Shown here: one piece after another, positions 25,535 to 44,402 of the stretch
Layout: each line of letters begins with the position of its first letter
Position numbering within the stretch: position 1 is the first letter of the stretch
Source: Takakia lepidozioides
Taxonomy: Eukaryota > Plantae > Bryophyta
NCBI GenBank assembly: GCA_030704615.1
Contig: CM060733.1
Location: forward strand, 6,696,001 to 6,760,000
Direction of reading: 5' to 3'
Length of the DNA: 64,000 nt
The notes under the pieces: generated by a model
The model's input: the letters and a program-made list of their open reading frames with translations, nothing else
Database searches by the model: none
Told to the model about the DNA's origin: nothing
Program-made: the position numbers and the translations under genes

Positions 25535-26645
25535 AAAATTTGTTCTTTAGTTAGTTAAGATGGAAGGTACATTTGCGGAAATGGTCACCACATTGTAGAG
25601 TCTTCAGCTCCAGATGCAAGAACTTCGTACATCTACCGCCCAATTGCAAGCTGATCAGTCTCAAGATCTTGGCAACGCTCTCCACAATTTGCAACAACAA
25701 ATTTCAGAGTTAAATGAGTCGAACAATGGATCTTCAACCATACGAGTCCCTACTGCAACAGCTCCTATTACAACGGTTCCTCTTCAACAGATTACGAGAG
25801 AACCAAAGATTAGCATGCCCGAGAAATTTGATGGGACGATATCAAAATTTCGCGGTTTTGTTCAACAAGTACGACTGTTCCTACGACTACATCTACAACG
25901 CTATCCCGATGAAGATATTCAAGTGAGATTCGTGGGCACCCTTCTGTCAGGCACTGCCCTATCTTGGTTTGCACCGCTATTAGAAGAAAATTCGCATTTA
26001 CTATACAATTTTGAAGCATTCATGTCCGAGTTTACTGCAACGTTTGGAGAAAAATGATAGAGAGAGAGTTGCAGAAACAAAGATGCGAAATCTTCGACAA
26101 GGAGCACGTCATGCTTCAGTTTATGCTGCCGAATTTCGATAACTTGCGTGCGACCTCGATTGGAATGAGAAAAGCCTCATTAGTCAGTTTCGATTTAGAC
26201 TGAAAGATGATGTAAAGATTTGTTGCTGACAATACCAAATATGAGCACACTGAGTGAATTCATCACCCAAGTCATTGCATGCGATAATTCACGTCAAGAG
26301 AAGCGATCTGGATGGTCTACGACGCATCATGTCACTGCATACGCAGTAGTGATCATATAATCGTTTGTTCGAAAGACGTCAAGAGAAGCGATCTGGATGG
26401 TCTACGACGCATCATGTCACTGCTACTACGACACCAAACACAACAACCCATCAAACATCCAGTAGTGATCATATGCAGATTGATTCTGTCCGATTCAAGC
26501 CATTGACGCCACAAAAAAAACAAAGACGGCGCTCGAATGGATTATGCCTCTATTGCGGAGAAGAAGATCACATAGCATTAAACTGCCCCAACAAGAGAAG
26601 ATTCAAAGCTCGGGGCACAACTCAAGTGTTCGATACGAGGAGGTC

Positions 26646-26690
26646 GGAAAACGAAAATGTCCAGTCACAGTAGGGACCATACGGCTGGAT
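26646..26690 (+). promoter_or_regulatory. Putative -1 ribosomal frameshift signal (gag/pol)
   Basis: G GAA AAC, a 6-nt spacer, then a stem gtccagtcaca / tacggctggat; pol ORF 26544 is in the -1 frame relative to gag ORF 26365. Confidence 0.65.
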
Positions 26691-29600
26691 ACCACAAATT
26701 CCTTACCGAAAAAATGTCTCTTTCTACCTCCAGACCTTGCACCTTGCTTCACAGTTCCGATAAAAATCAGAGTGCAAAATCGAGATATCACTGTAGAAGC
26801 ACTTTTGGACTCAGGAGCTTCAGCTTGTTTTATGGACAAAAACTTTGCGAAGCAAAACAATTTAACGTTCGTAAAGAATAAACTCTCGGCCCCCGTTGAA
26901 GTCATCGATGGACGACTATTAGCATCAGGAAATGTGGACCATGAAACTCGACCACTTGAAGTGAAGCTTAAAGATCAAGCATCACATATTGTTTTCAATG
27001 TCATCCAGTCTCCAACAAATCCTGTGATCCTTGGACTTCCTTGGTTCGTACTTTACAATCCCGACATCGACTGCCTATCGCGAAAAATTTCTACAAGACA
27101 AAAATGTAGAAATATCAAAGGTATTTAACCCATTCCTTGGAGCTAGAGCTTTCATGAGAGCTACAAAAAAAGAGGCGGCATTTGCACTTTATGCAACTTC
27201 GATCAATACCACAACAGACAAAGGTACTTCAACATTACCCGCTCAATATCAAGATTTCAAAGATGTATTCGAGAAGAAAAATGCAGGAAATATTGCCAGA
27301 ACATCGACCTTATGACTGTGTAATTGCGTTACAAGAAGGAGCCCAACCACCATTCGGCCCAATCTATAACTTATCCCAGACGGAGTTAGCTGCATCACAT
27401 GAATACATTGATGAAAATTTGTCGAAGCACTTCATCCGACATTCAAAATCACCCACGGAGGCGCCTATCTTGTTTGTGAAAAAGAAGGACGGATCATTAC
27501 GCATGTTTGTCGACTATCGCGGTTTTAACAAAGTCACAATCAAGAATCGTTATTCGTTGCCGCTGATTTCTGGGCTTCTCGACCAGCTGGGACGAGCAAA
27601 GATTTTCACCAAAATCGACTTGAGATGAGCTTATAACCTTGTACGGATAAAAGAATGAGACGAATGGAAAACAACTTTTCGAACAAGGTATGGACATTTT
27701 GAATGCAGTGTTATGCCTTTCGGTCTTACAAATGCTCCAGCAATTTTCCAACATATGATGAATGACATCTTTCGAGAATTTTTAGATGACTTTGTAGTCA
27801 TCTATTTGGACGACATTTTGATATTTTCACAAAATGAAGAAGAATATGGCCGTCATGTACGCCTTGTGCTTGATAAATTAAGACAAAAATGACTATATGC
27901 CAAGTTGGAAAAATGTCTTTTCCATCAATCTGAGGTCGAATTTTTGGGCTACATTATTTCCGACAAAGACGACTTTATGGATCAGAAGAAAATACAAACC
28001 ATCATCGAGTGGATTAAACCAACTTCGGTCCGAGATATACAATATTTTCTGGGATTTGTAAATTTCTGTAGAATCCTCATCAATGACTACTCCAAAATTG
28101 CTGCACCATTGACACAACTCACAAGGAAGGACAAATTTGTATGGGACGAGAAGGCTGACCAAGCATTTGAAAGGCTGAAGCAGACATTTACAACAGCTCC
28201 CATACTGGTACATGCAGACCCATCTAAACCATTCTTCTTAGAAGCAGATGCATCGGACTTTGCATTTGGCGCGGTATTCTCTCAATACAGTACAGATGAC
28301 CGACTCCACCCTGTTGGTTTTCGTTCTTCCGCTGCTCTATTGGAGGGAGCTAAATATCAGGTCACTGTCTATACCGATCACAAAAACCTCAAATATTTTA
28401 TGAGTACTCGTGTTTTGAATCGACGTCAAGCGAGATGGAGTATGTCACTAGCAAGGTTTGATTTTGTTATTATTTACCGTCTCGGACATCTTCAAGGAAA
28501 ACCAGATGCTCTCTCTCGACGATCGTATCTTGCGTCAAAAGAAATGGATGCAGCTTTTGACCAACAAAAATCCATCATCCTGAAACCAGCAAATCTCCAA
28601 TTGAATATGTTATCCATGGTCACCTATGACGATACAGAGATCATAAAGGAGATTCAGGAACCACTGAAGAACGACCATTTTGCTACGACACTACGAAGTC
28701 AACTAAATCAACCTCGAGACAACCCACATGTTACAAACGACTTCGAATTCAAAGATGACTTACTTTACTTCAAGGGACTTCTCTATGTACCTCTAGGACC
28801 TATACGACTTCGAATTCTTCAAACATGTAATGATCTTCCGGCTGCAGGACATTTCGGCTTCAACAAAACATTGGAGTTGATATCCAGGGATTATTGGTGG
28901 CCGCAGATGTGGAAACTCGTGAAAGAATTTATAAAATCTTGCGACACGTGTGCTAGAGCGAAGGGACCACGACATCGACCTTACGGCCTTCTTCAACCAT
29001 TACCCATTCCCAAGGGTCCATGGTCATCCGTGTCTATGGATTTTATTACGGACCTTCCAATTTTCAAGACCACCGATTCCATCCTTGTTATTGTAGATCG
29101 TTTCACGAAGATGACACATTTCATTCCATGTAATAAGACAATTACCGGCGAGGAAACTGCAAGACTCTTCCTCAATAATATCTACCGCATTCATAGACTC
29201 CCGAAGGACATCGTATCTAATCGAGGACCACAGTTCATATCAAATTTCTGGAGGGGATTATTTCACATATTAGATATTAAGATCAACCTCTCTACAGCTA
29301 ATTATCCACAGACTAATGGTCAAACCGAACGTGTAAACCAGATTTTGGAACAGTATCTTCGCTGTACGATAAATTATCACCAAGATAATTGGACGGACCT
29401 TCTGTCATCGGCTGAGTTTGCCTACAACAACACTATACATTCTTCGACCAAACTCAACTTTTGTCCAATTATGGTCATCATCCTCGAGCAAACCCTTTCC
29501 ACATGAAGACTGTTGGAAGCCCTACTGTAGAAAACTTTGCTACTCATCTTGCTACGATTCACAAGGAGCTTACATTCCACATCGCAGAAGTTTAAAAACA

Positions 29601-32510
29601 ATACAAAGAGTATGCAGATCAACATCGCCAACTCTAACCCCAGCTCAAGATCGGAGATCGTGTGTGGCTTCTTCGACGGGACATACAAACCTCGCGACCA
29701 TCAAGGAAATTGGATTATCAACGCCTGGGACCATTCAAAATTATTCGACAAATAAATCCGGTCAATTTTCGGCTTGAACTTCCACGAAGTATGCGCGTCC
29801 ATCCAGTCTTTCATGTTTCATTATTGGAGTTGTATTATCCATCGAATATTCCAGGGAGAGTTTTTGTACCACCTCCACCAATCGAAGTCAATTAAGAAAT
29901 CGAGTATGAAGTCGACGAAGTCCTAGACTCTCGCATCAAGTATAAACGTCTTGAGTATTTCGTACATTGGAAAGGCTACAACATCAGCGAACGAACGTGA
30001 GAACCTTTATCCAACCTCGTCAATGCCTCTGACAAAGTCCAAGAGTTTCATCAAAGATATCCAACTAAGCCCCGAGCTACACGTCAATGAGACGTCATAA
30101 CGATGATGTCAAGCTAGCTTCAAGGATAAGACTCAATGTACCTGATACACGCTAAGGAGGGAGGAGCACCACACATCAGTATATATAGCTACACTTCCAG
30201 TACTCTTGCATCTTGTATTGGCAGCATAGAGTCACAAGAATCAGATACATTGAAGTTGTCGCTTACCCAACTACCAGATCAGCTGTTCCGACTCTCACGA
30301 CCTTCAATATCACGCCGACGCTCTCGAGACGATGGGTCACCAATGCGACACGTACTTCCTCGTCAGGACCCCGCACGACGGCAAGTGGAGCTCTACTCGA
30401 AGTCTGCTAATTCTGTTGGAGGTTGAGGCTTCGGACCCAGAGGGCAACGAAATCATGTTTGAAGGCAACTTCGAAAATGAGAATGCTCAAATTACTGCGT
30501 GGTCCCAAGTTCAAGGTGTTAGACACTATCGATGGTTACAGGGACCTATAAATCATTTGAGTAAAAAACGAAGAGCCGAATACTTGGCAAGTACCATTCG
30601 TCGGATTTTGGATTTTCTCCAACTCTAAGCAAGTCCAAGATTTTACCGCTCCTCGAGGAACTCGGCGCTAGAGGAGGGGGTGATGTCACGGACATAGCCC
30701 AGAGGAACTTACCAGGAGTAAATACCAGAAGTTACCAAGTTATCATGTTACCGAAAGTTACAATGACTTATCGTGATTTACCATGATCTACCATGATTTA
30801 CAATTACTTACCAAGTTACCGGGAGTTTACCAAATTACCAAGAGTAACTTGGGAAACTACTCAGGAAGCTTCATTTGGAGAAAACTTCTCCATCAAAATA
30901 CCTCATTTGTTTAAGGAAGCTTCTCCATCAAGAAACCTTTGTTTAAACTTGGAAACTTCTCCAGCAAGAAACCTCCATAGGGGAAGCTTCTTGGGGAAGC
31001 TTCTTGGGGAAGCTTATAAGTAGCCAGTATATAAAGGAGGTGAAACTTGACACTCTTCAGTCTCGCCAACACAAGTTCAAGCTACTCTTGTTCCAAGTCT
31101 AGTACTCCAGTCCAGTTTCCAGTATCTCGTATTCCAGTCCAGTTTCCAGCATTCCAGTATCCGAGTCGAGTTCCAGTATTTTGTACTCTTGTCCATTGTT
31201 ATAAAGATCATTTTGATTCATGTTCACCTACCATGCATTCGGCCACGCCGACCTTGACTTCTTGTCTAGTTTTGTACCTTTAGTCTGATATCTTGTTTGT
31301 GTTTTGTCATGTTCTCGTCCTTGACAGCTACTAAGAAGTTCCATAAGAAGCTTCCCCTATAGAGGTTTCTTGATGAAGAAGTTTCCAAGATTAAACAAAG
31401 GTTTCTTGATGGAGAAACTTCTTTAAATAAAGGATGTATCTTGATGGAGAAGTTTCCTCCAAAGGAAGCTCCTGAGCAGTTTTCCAAGTTACTCTTGGTA
31501 ATTTGGTAAACTGCCAGTAACTTGGTAATTAATGATAAATCATGGTAGATCATGATAAATCATGGTAAGTCATGATAACATGGTAACTTCTGGTATTTAC
31601 TCCTGCCCAGAAATCAGCGGCAACGGATAACTATTCTTGATTGTGACTTTGTTGAGACCGCGATAGTCGACACACATACGTAATGATCCGTCCTTCTTTT
31701 TCACAAACAAGATAAGCGCCCCCGCGGGTGATTTTGAATGTCGGATGAAGTACTTCGACAAATTTTCATCAATGTATTCATGTAATGCAGCCAACTCCGT
31801 CTGGGATAAGTTATAGATTAGGCCGAATGGTGGTTGGGCTCCTTCTTGTAACTCAATTGCACAGTCATAAGGTCGATGTTCTGGCAATATGTCTGCATTT
31901 TTCTTCTCGAAGACATCTTTGAAATCTTGATATTGAACGGGTAATGTTGAAGTACCTTTGTCTATTGTGGTCTTGATCGGAGTCGCATACAATGCAAATG
32001 CCGCCTCCTTTTTGGTAGCTCTCATGAAAGCTCTAGCTCCAAGGAACAGGGGTTGAATACCTTTGATATTTCTACATTTTTGTCTTGAAGAAATTTTTCG
32101 CGATCACCAGTCAATGTCGGGTTTGTGAAGTACAAACAAGGGAAGTCCAAGGATCACAAGATTCGTTGGAGACTGGATGACATTGAAAACAATATGTGAT
32201 GCTTGATCTTTAAGCTTCACTTCAAGTGGTCGAGTTTCATGGTCCACATTTCATGATGCTAATGGTCGTCTATCGATGACTTCAACGGGGGCCGAGAGTT
32301 TATTCTTTACGAGCGTTAAATTGTTTTGCTTCGCAAAGTTTTTGTCCATAAAACAAGCTGAAGCTCCTGAGTCCAAAAGTGCTTCTACAGTGATATCTCG
32401 ATTTTGCACTCTGATTTTTACCGGAACTGTGAAGCAAGGTGCAGGGTCTGGAGGTAGAAAAAGACATTTTTTTTTTAAGGAATTTGTGGTGTCCAGCCGC
32501 ATGGTCCCTA

Positions 32511-33533
32511 CTATGATTGGACATCTTCGTTTTCCGACCTCCTCGTATCGAATACTTGAGTTGTGCCCCGAGCTTTGAATCTTCTTTTGTTGGGGCAGTT
32601 TAATGCTATGTGATCTTCTTCTCCGCAATAGAGGCATAATCCATTCGAGCGCCGTCTTTGTTTTTCTTGTGGCGTCAATGGCTTGAATCGAACAGCATCA
32701 ATCTGCATATGATCACTACTATATGTCTGATAGATTGTTGTGTTTGGTGTCGTAGTAGCAGTGACATGATACGTCGTCGACCATCCAGATCGTTTTTCTT
32801 GACGTCTTTCGAACAAACGATTATCGCATGCAATGACTTGGGTGATGAATTCACTCAGTCTGCTCATGTTTGGTATTGTCAGCAACAAATCTTTTACATC
32901 ATCTTTCAGTCCACATCGAAACTGACTAATGAGGCTCTTCTCATTCCAATCGAGGTCACACGCAAGTTGTCGAAATTCGGCAGCATAAACGGAAGCAGGA
33001 CGTGCTCCTTGTTGAAGATTTCGCATCTTTGTTTCTGCAACTCTCTCTCTATCATTCTCCCCAAACGTTGCAGTGAACTCGGACATGAATGCTTCAAAAT
33101 TATATAGTAAATGCGAATTTTCTTCTAATAGCGGTGCAAACCAAGATAAGGCAGTGCCTGATAGAAGGGTGCCCACGAATCCCACTTGAATACCTTCATC
33201 GGGGTAGTGTTGTGGATGTAGTCGTAGGAACAGTCGCACTTGTTGAACAAAACCGCGAAATCTTGATCTCGTCCCATCAAATTTCTCGGGCATGCTGATC
33301 TTTGGTTCTCTCGTAATCTGTTGAAGAGGAACTGTTGCAGTATGGACTCGTATGGTTGAAGATCCATTGTTCGACTCCTCTAACTCTGAAATTTGTTGTT
33401 GCAAATTGTGGAGAGCGTTGCCAAGATCTTGAGACTGATCAGCTTGCAATTGGGCGGTAGATGTACGAAGTTCTTGCATCTGGAGCTGAAGACTCTGCAA
33501 TGTGACGACCATTTCCGCAAATGTGTCTTCCAT
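32511..33533 (-). CDS. Intact Gag ORF of copy C (retrotransposon gag domain + zinc knuckle)
   Basis: Uninterrupted 340 aa: PEKFDG, LSGTALSWF, QGARPASVYAAEFR, MQID, CLYCGEEDHIALNC. Confidence 0.85.
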   Translation of the reverse strand: MEDTFAEMVVTLQSLQLQMQELRTSTAQLQADQSQDLGNALHNLQQQISELEESNNGSSTIRVHTATVPLQQITREPKISMPEKFDGTRSRFRGFVQQVRLFLRLHPQHYPDEGIQVGFVGTLLSGTALSWFAPLLEENSHLLYNFEAFMSEFTATFGENDRERVAETKMRNLQQGARPASVYAAEFRQLACDLDWNEKSLISQFRCGLKDDVKDLLLTIPNMSRLSEFITQVIACDNRLFERRQEKRSGWSTTYHVTATTTPNTTIYQTYSSDHMQIDAVRFKPLTPQEKQRRRSNGLCLYCGEEDHIALNCPNKRRFKARGTTQVFDTRRSENEDVQS

Positions 33534-35618
33534 CTTAACTAACTAGGGAACAAACTTTAGTCTCGTCAAACTATCAAGGACGAGAATATAACAGATCACA
33601 AACAAGAGATTAGACTAGAGGTACAAGACTAGACAAGAAGTCAATGTCAGGGTGGCCGAATGCATGGTAGGTAAACATGAATCAAGATGATCTTTATAAC
33701 AATGGACAAGAGTACAAGATACTGGAACTCTACTCGAATACTGGAATGCTGGAAACTTGACTGGAGTACCAGATACTGGAAACTGGACTGGAGTACTGGA
33801 CTGGGAACAAGAGTAGCTTGAATTTGTATTGGCGAGACTGAAGAGTATCCAGTCTTGCCTCCTATATATACTGGCTACTAAGAAGTTCCCTAAGAAGCTT
33901 CCCCTATAGAGGTTTCTTGATGAATAAGTTTTCAAGATTAAACAAAGGTTTCTTGATGGAGAAGCTTCCTTAAACAAATGAGGTATCTTGATGGAGAAGT
34001 TTCCTTCAAATGAAGCTTCCTAGCAGTTTCCCAAGTTACTCTTGGTAATTTGGTAAATTCTCGGTAACTTGGTAACTAATGGTAAATAATGGTAGATCAT
34101 GGTAAAACATGATAAGTCATGGTAATTAATGGTAAATCATGGTAGATCATGGTAAATCACAGTAAGTTATGATAACTTCTGGTAACATGGTAACTTGATA
34201 ACTTCTGGTATTTACTTCTGATAAGTTCTTCTGGGTTATGTCCGTGACAGTCCCGGCCAAGGGTGGAGCCTCTCAAGCTCCACCTAGTGCACTCTTCTTG
34301 GCCCACTTCAAGGCCAAGGAACGATCCTCCCCGAGGATTGAATCGCCTTACTGCAACAACATTGCTTGCGACCGCTCACGATGTCGCTTTTGGCATAACC
34401 TTGAGCAGGGTTCACTTTAAACCCTTTTTTACTAGGAAGATAACCTTGAACCAACCATGCGCCCCAATCACTACAATTGGGTCCGCCTTGGAATACTGGC
34501 ATAAGGTACGAGAACATGCCGAAGCCGCACTACGACTTTGTCCCGAGGTTAAACGATTATAGTACGTGAACGGAAGCACGTAACTTCCGCGTTAGCCCGC
34601 ACTACAAGACAACCCCCTCGGTAGCGCAATTATAGTACGCGCACGCGCCAGGTACGCACTAGCACGTGAACTCCAAAAAAAAACGCAAGTTTCCTTGCCC
34701 CTTGGATGGGAGTCACCCGATTTTGGCACTGCGCCAACACACGATTAATCCAATTTACCTCTCCCACTTTTGTAAGCTAGCATGCATTCTACACACTAGC
34801 CAACCATACCATGCATCACCATTCCAAACAAGTTTAGGGTAGTGGTGTCAGGGGCGGATCTTCCAACGGATCAGCCCCGTTTTCTGGCCATGTGCGCAGG
34901 ACTACACGCTTATCCGACGGCTCCATTCCTTTCAAAGCTCCCCATCACTTCCAACTAAGCGGTAAGGATGTCTCCAGTCTCCATGATCCGCTCCATTTTC
35001 CAAGTGATGCATACATAATTATTCGTTAACCAGTTCTAACTAGTTTCCAAGCAAGTACTTCTAATCACAACTTGCAAAGAAAAACTGGGGGCCTCTAGAT
35101 GAGAACTGAAGCAGAGCCCATGCAACACTGGACCGCAGAGGAAATTATCAGACACGGGCTTTTCTGGTCGTGGAATGTCACAGGCAATGCCCGAGCACCT
35201 CTGAAGTTCAGTATAATGAAATAATAACACTGCTTCAGTCTCTACTTCCATCATCTAAGGAAAAGAAAAGGCAGGCAACATTGTAACAGTGCATGGTGCA
35301 CCCCAAGGTGCAATAGCAAAAAAACAGCTGGAACTCTCAACTTCTTTTTATTAAAATAATGTACAGAGAAGCTTGCCTGACTTGTGTACTGCAAGCCATC
35401 CAAAAAGACAGTTGTAGAAAGAAGTATACAGCTACAACTACATTTCATTAATCAGATGTGAAAGTAACTCGGCTTTCCACGAGGCTGCGGCAAGCGTAGC
35501 TAATGAGTACATCTCTCTACCCCCACTCTTGGGGCCATTGAACAGTAGAGATACTTGTGTGGTAAAGCATTTACAAATGGGGCATAATCTACCAAACTCT
35601 TAAGGTAGCAGAGATTGT

Positions 35619-41142
<5,524 letters not shown>

Positions 41143-42059
41143 GACGAAATGGCTTGCCTTGCAACAGGAGTGTTATTCTTTACTGCCTCTGCCCTCAGAG
41201 AGAGCCCTCGACCAACAACCGTTTTTGCCCTGATACAAACGAGATAGAGGATTCCTATGGGGATACTGGGACAGTGCCTCTCTCTAACAAACCGCGACTT
41301 TCCTCTTCTCCGAGCAAGAGGTCTTCAGAACCAAAAGAGATGCGCAGCCAAGAATTGGGCCTGAGAATGAGTAGTATCTTCTTCTGGAAAAAGCACGACT
41401 ACATCTCTCCTGCTGGGGTTTATGGCTACTAAGCTAAAACCCTACAATCTCCGTCTCCAGTCTCTAGACTCTACCTCCAATCCCAAGGTTTCAGGGAATG
41501 AATGAAGCTTCTGAACTCCACCAAATTATATCGGAGATTCTGTTTCTTATTTCTCCAACTTTGACCACTTTGTTTTTTAATCCAGGAAAATGGGTTAGAG
41601 GCCCGCTAGTCTAACGGAAAACGCCAAGGGGAAAGCTTATCCTCATGAGGCATAACACAACTCGGTTAAAACTTAAAACCAACCCAAGGTCCAGTGAAAA
41701 ATCACAGACCTACTTAGAAAAATTATACCAAAGGGATGGGCATGACCAAACCAAACCAAACCCTAAGCCAAGGACGCAAAGAAGGAAAACCCATGAAACG
41801 AAAAGAACACCTAAAGCTATTGTCTTTTTCTACTTTTCGCTACAAAATACCTAGACCGCGAACACCACCCCACCTAACAACATGATCACACCCTCAAATA
41901 GAAGGAGAGCCAGTTGGACACGATAGGAATTCATTGAAAGACGAGCATGCTCCATCTCCATTGGGAAAAATCAAGAAACTTAGTTAGTGATAGTACAATT
42001 GGTTCATGCTAATTGTCGCACGAGAAAGTTGATACAAATGTTAGAATCGCACTTTTTCT

Positions 42060-42869
42060 TTAAAATGTGACCGCCCCATTTTCCGGTAGTTCAAAGAAGT
42101 TCCCATCACATTTGTATAACAGCGGATTCCCCTCCGGGATTATTACGAAACAAATGTTGCGATTCAATTTGCAAATTATGGGAGTGAGCAGAAGGACGGA
42201 AGACAAGCGGAAGTACTTGGACGACGGGAAAGCAGAAAGAGTGCCCTCCTTGCGAACCGCTGTGGTGCGAGAGGGAGAGGGAGGACTTACTTTGGTGGAC
42301 TTGCGAGGGAGAGGGATGACAGGAGGGCGCTTGAACGGTTTTCCAGACATGATCTCGTCGAGGCGCTCAAACCATGGCCACTTGGTGCCAGTGGTGCTCT
42401 TTCTGCTGACCTCAATTTTGTAGCGTCTTTTGAGGTTGTCGACCTTGTTTTTGCATTGATCAACAGTCTTGGCTGGTTTCTGTGGACATCGTGTATTCAC
42501 CACCTTGGTGACCTCGTCCCAATCCTTCCCTTTGAGATTTCCTGTTCGCACATCCCGATTCCTGTCTGCCCAGGCGTCGAGCAACACGACCACAGAGGCA
42601 TCGCTCCATTCGGCAGTGTCTTTTTCTTTCCCTTTGGATTCTGCCGAATTCCGCTCTCTTGTTGTCAACTCTACTCTGGTTTTAGAATCTCCAGAGTTCT
42701 TATCGTTGGCATCATTTCGATCCGTCGAATGATCCCTCTCAAGGCTATGGGGCTCGGCCTTGCCACCACTCCTCGGCTCCGTCCCTAGCATTAGCTCCAT
42801 GTATCTGTCCCGGTGGTGGAGGCTGGGGCCTCTCACCTCGTCAAGCGTCATCGTACCGCGATCCTTCAC
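42060..42869 (-). CDS. Trihelix (Myb/SANT-like) transcription factor, SIP1/ASIL-like
   Basis: WSDASVVVLLDAW...LKGKDWDEV...KTVDQCKNKVDNLKRRYK...WPWFERLDEIM. The 3' end may be spliced. Confidence 0.85.
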   Translation of the reverse strand: MKDRGTMTLDEVRGPSLHHRDRYMELMLGTEPRSGGKAEPHSLERDHSTDRNDANDKNSGDSKTRVELTTRERNSAESKGKEKDTAEWSDASVVVLLDAWADRNRDVRTGNLKGKDWDEVTKVVNTRCPQKPAKTVDQCKNKVDNLKRRYKIEVSRKSTTGTKWPWFERLDEIMSGKPFKRPPVIPLPRKSTKVSPPSPSRTTAVRKEGTLSAFPSSKYFRLSSVLLLTPIICKLNRNICFVIIPEGNPLLYKCDGNFFELPENGAVTF

Positions 42870-43249
42870 CCTCTACACCCGTCCCCATCAAGCATGCATA
42901 TCCGGCATCCTCCGCACGAAATCAATTTTGGACACATCCCTCTCCGCAAACAAGAAACCCACCTCCACCTCCACCACCTCCACAATTCTCCACCTTCTCA
43001 CAAAATTGAGCCCTTTTCTGCAAGCCCTGTCACAAACCAGTCCGCCATGTTCACACAAGGCACACATATCTCACACAATTCAACACCACACCTCGTTTTT
43101 GAAGAAACACTCCTACATATGTATGCCCTCCATCTCATCTCCATTTTTTCTCTCACAGAATTATTCCCGTCCGATGCCCGTCCCAAATCTGAAGCTGAAA
43201 CACAGCAAACAAAATCACACACTCACCCACACCATAATCCTCCCAGAAT

Positions 43250-43780
43250 CTCACGAATTGGTGCATCATCACGCTCCAAATCCGTGCCTTTTTCCGGCCT
43301 CCCTCACGGCCTGTGCCAACACCGTCGGGTGGCGATGGCGGGGGACGGACGGCAGAGCCCGCGTCGATGGCGAAGATGGGAGGCGTCGTCGACGCGACGA
43401 TGCCTACCACGTGGCACGTATGCCACGCGTCCGATGGCACTTCCGTCTCCTTTCCGTCGCTCGCGCGCAAAATATTCTTTTCCTTTTCCATCTTTTTTTC
43501 CTTTCCTCCTCAAATTGATAATGGGGAAGAAGGGAAAAAAACAAATAATTATGGGGAAAATAGGCCTCGTTGACCGTGTATCTGTGAAACCATGGATGAT
43601 TTCCTGTTGGATGTCGTTGTGTAAGTGAACGAGAGTGACGACGAGAGTGACGACGAGAGGGCAGAGGACGGGGGGCTGAGCACGCAGACGTGGGACGTGA
43701 CCTTCGCTCTTCGTCTTCCTCGGATTTTGTTATCGCGAGGGGGGGAGGGTGAGCTGCACTGCCACGTGCCTTGCTCACAA
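43250..43780. promoter_or_regulatory. Divergent promoter region (trihelix / DUF3783) with G-box elements
   Basis: GC-rich interval between head-to-head genes; CCACGTGG at 43407-43414 and GCCACGTG at 43761-43768. Confidence 0.45.
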
Positions 43781-44402
43781 GTTGTAACAACATACTTAGT
43801 TTTTCATCGTTCTTATTCCTCCGCCTCTGTCTCTCTCAACACTCCGCTTTTAGAAGCTGTGATTTCTCTGCATGCTCTTCTTGTCTGGGAAGATTAAATG
43901 TTATTCTTGCTGTGATTCTCTGGGAAGCGTTTTCTTCTGTGAGTGTGTTCCTCTTATGCTTCCTCGGGTCACCAATGTGTGTGAAGGGACAAGTTTTTGT
44001 TAATCCGGTCCTGTTTATAGCTGATTGAGTTTATATCTGTTTTCGTATTGAATGCTCGTCTCTGGTTCTTCTTCTAAGTTAGCGATTGCTGGTTCCTGGC
44101 GCTCGAGTCACCGTTGTGTCTCTGAAGAGAGACTGCTTTTGAACAGACAAGGTTTTTTGGAAACAGAAAGTCTCTGATTTTCTTTGTCTGTTTTCTTATT
44201 TGAATCTCGTTCTCATTCTTCTCCTTTTCAGTTAGACGTTGTTAATTTCTGTCGTACTAGTCACCGTTATTTTCTTTACAGGGACGCTTCTGAAGAGACG
44301 AGTTTTTAAAAATCGGTTTGACTATACCGGACTGATTTTCTACTCCGTTGCCATCTTGAATCTCGCGTCCCTGTATTGAGGACCCGTTGCTGGTTCGTGG
44401 GA

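Larger units (their letters stand above)
24920..31326 (+). mobile_element. Tcn1-like Gypsy copy B, full length but defective, nested in the 3' LTR of copy C
   Basis: LTRs 24920-25521 and 30684-31326 (TGTCA..TGACA), PBS 25524-25534, PPT 30670-30683, complete gag-pol with lesions (YLDD intact). TSD actac/gctac (original gctac seen in the LTR at ~33874). Confidence 0.97.
24594..34249 (-). mobile_element. Tcn1-like Gypsy copy C (minus strand), internally deleted, host of nested copy B
   Basis: 5' LTR 33572-34249; gag ORF 32511-33533; PR and start of RT to ~31605, then a deletion into the 3' LTR (31327-31604 plus 24594-24919). TSD gtcac (24589-24593) / gtccc (34250-34254), one mismatch. Confidence 0.93.

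Noticed and set aside
42760-43628. Long plus-strand ORFs (252 and 271 aa)
   Set aside because: Low-complexity antisense of the trihelix 5' UTR and GC-rich promoter; no recognisable domain.
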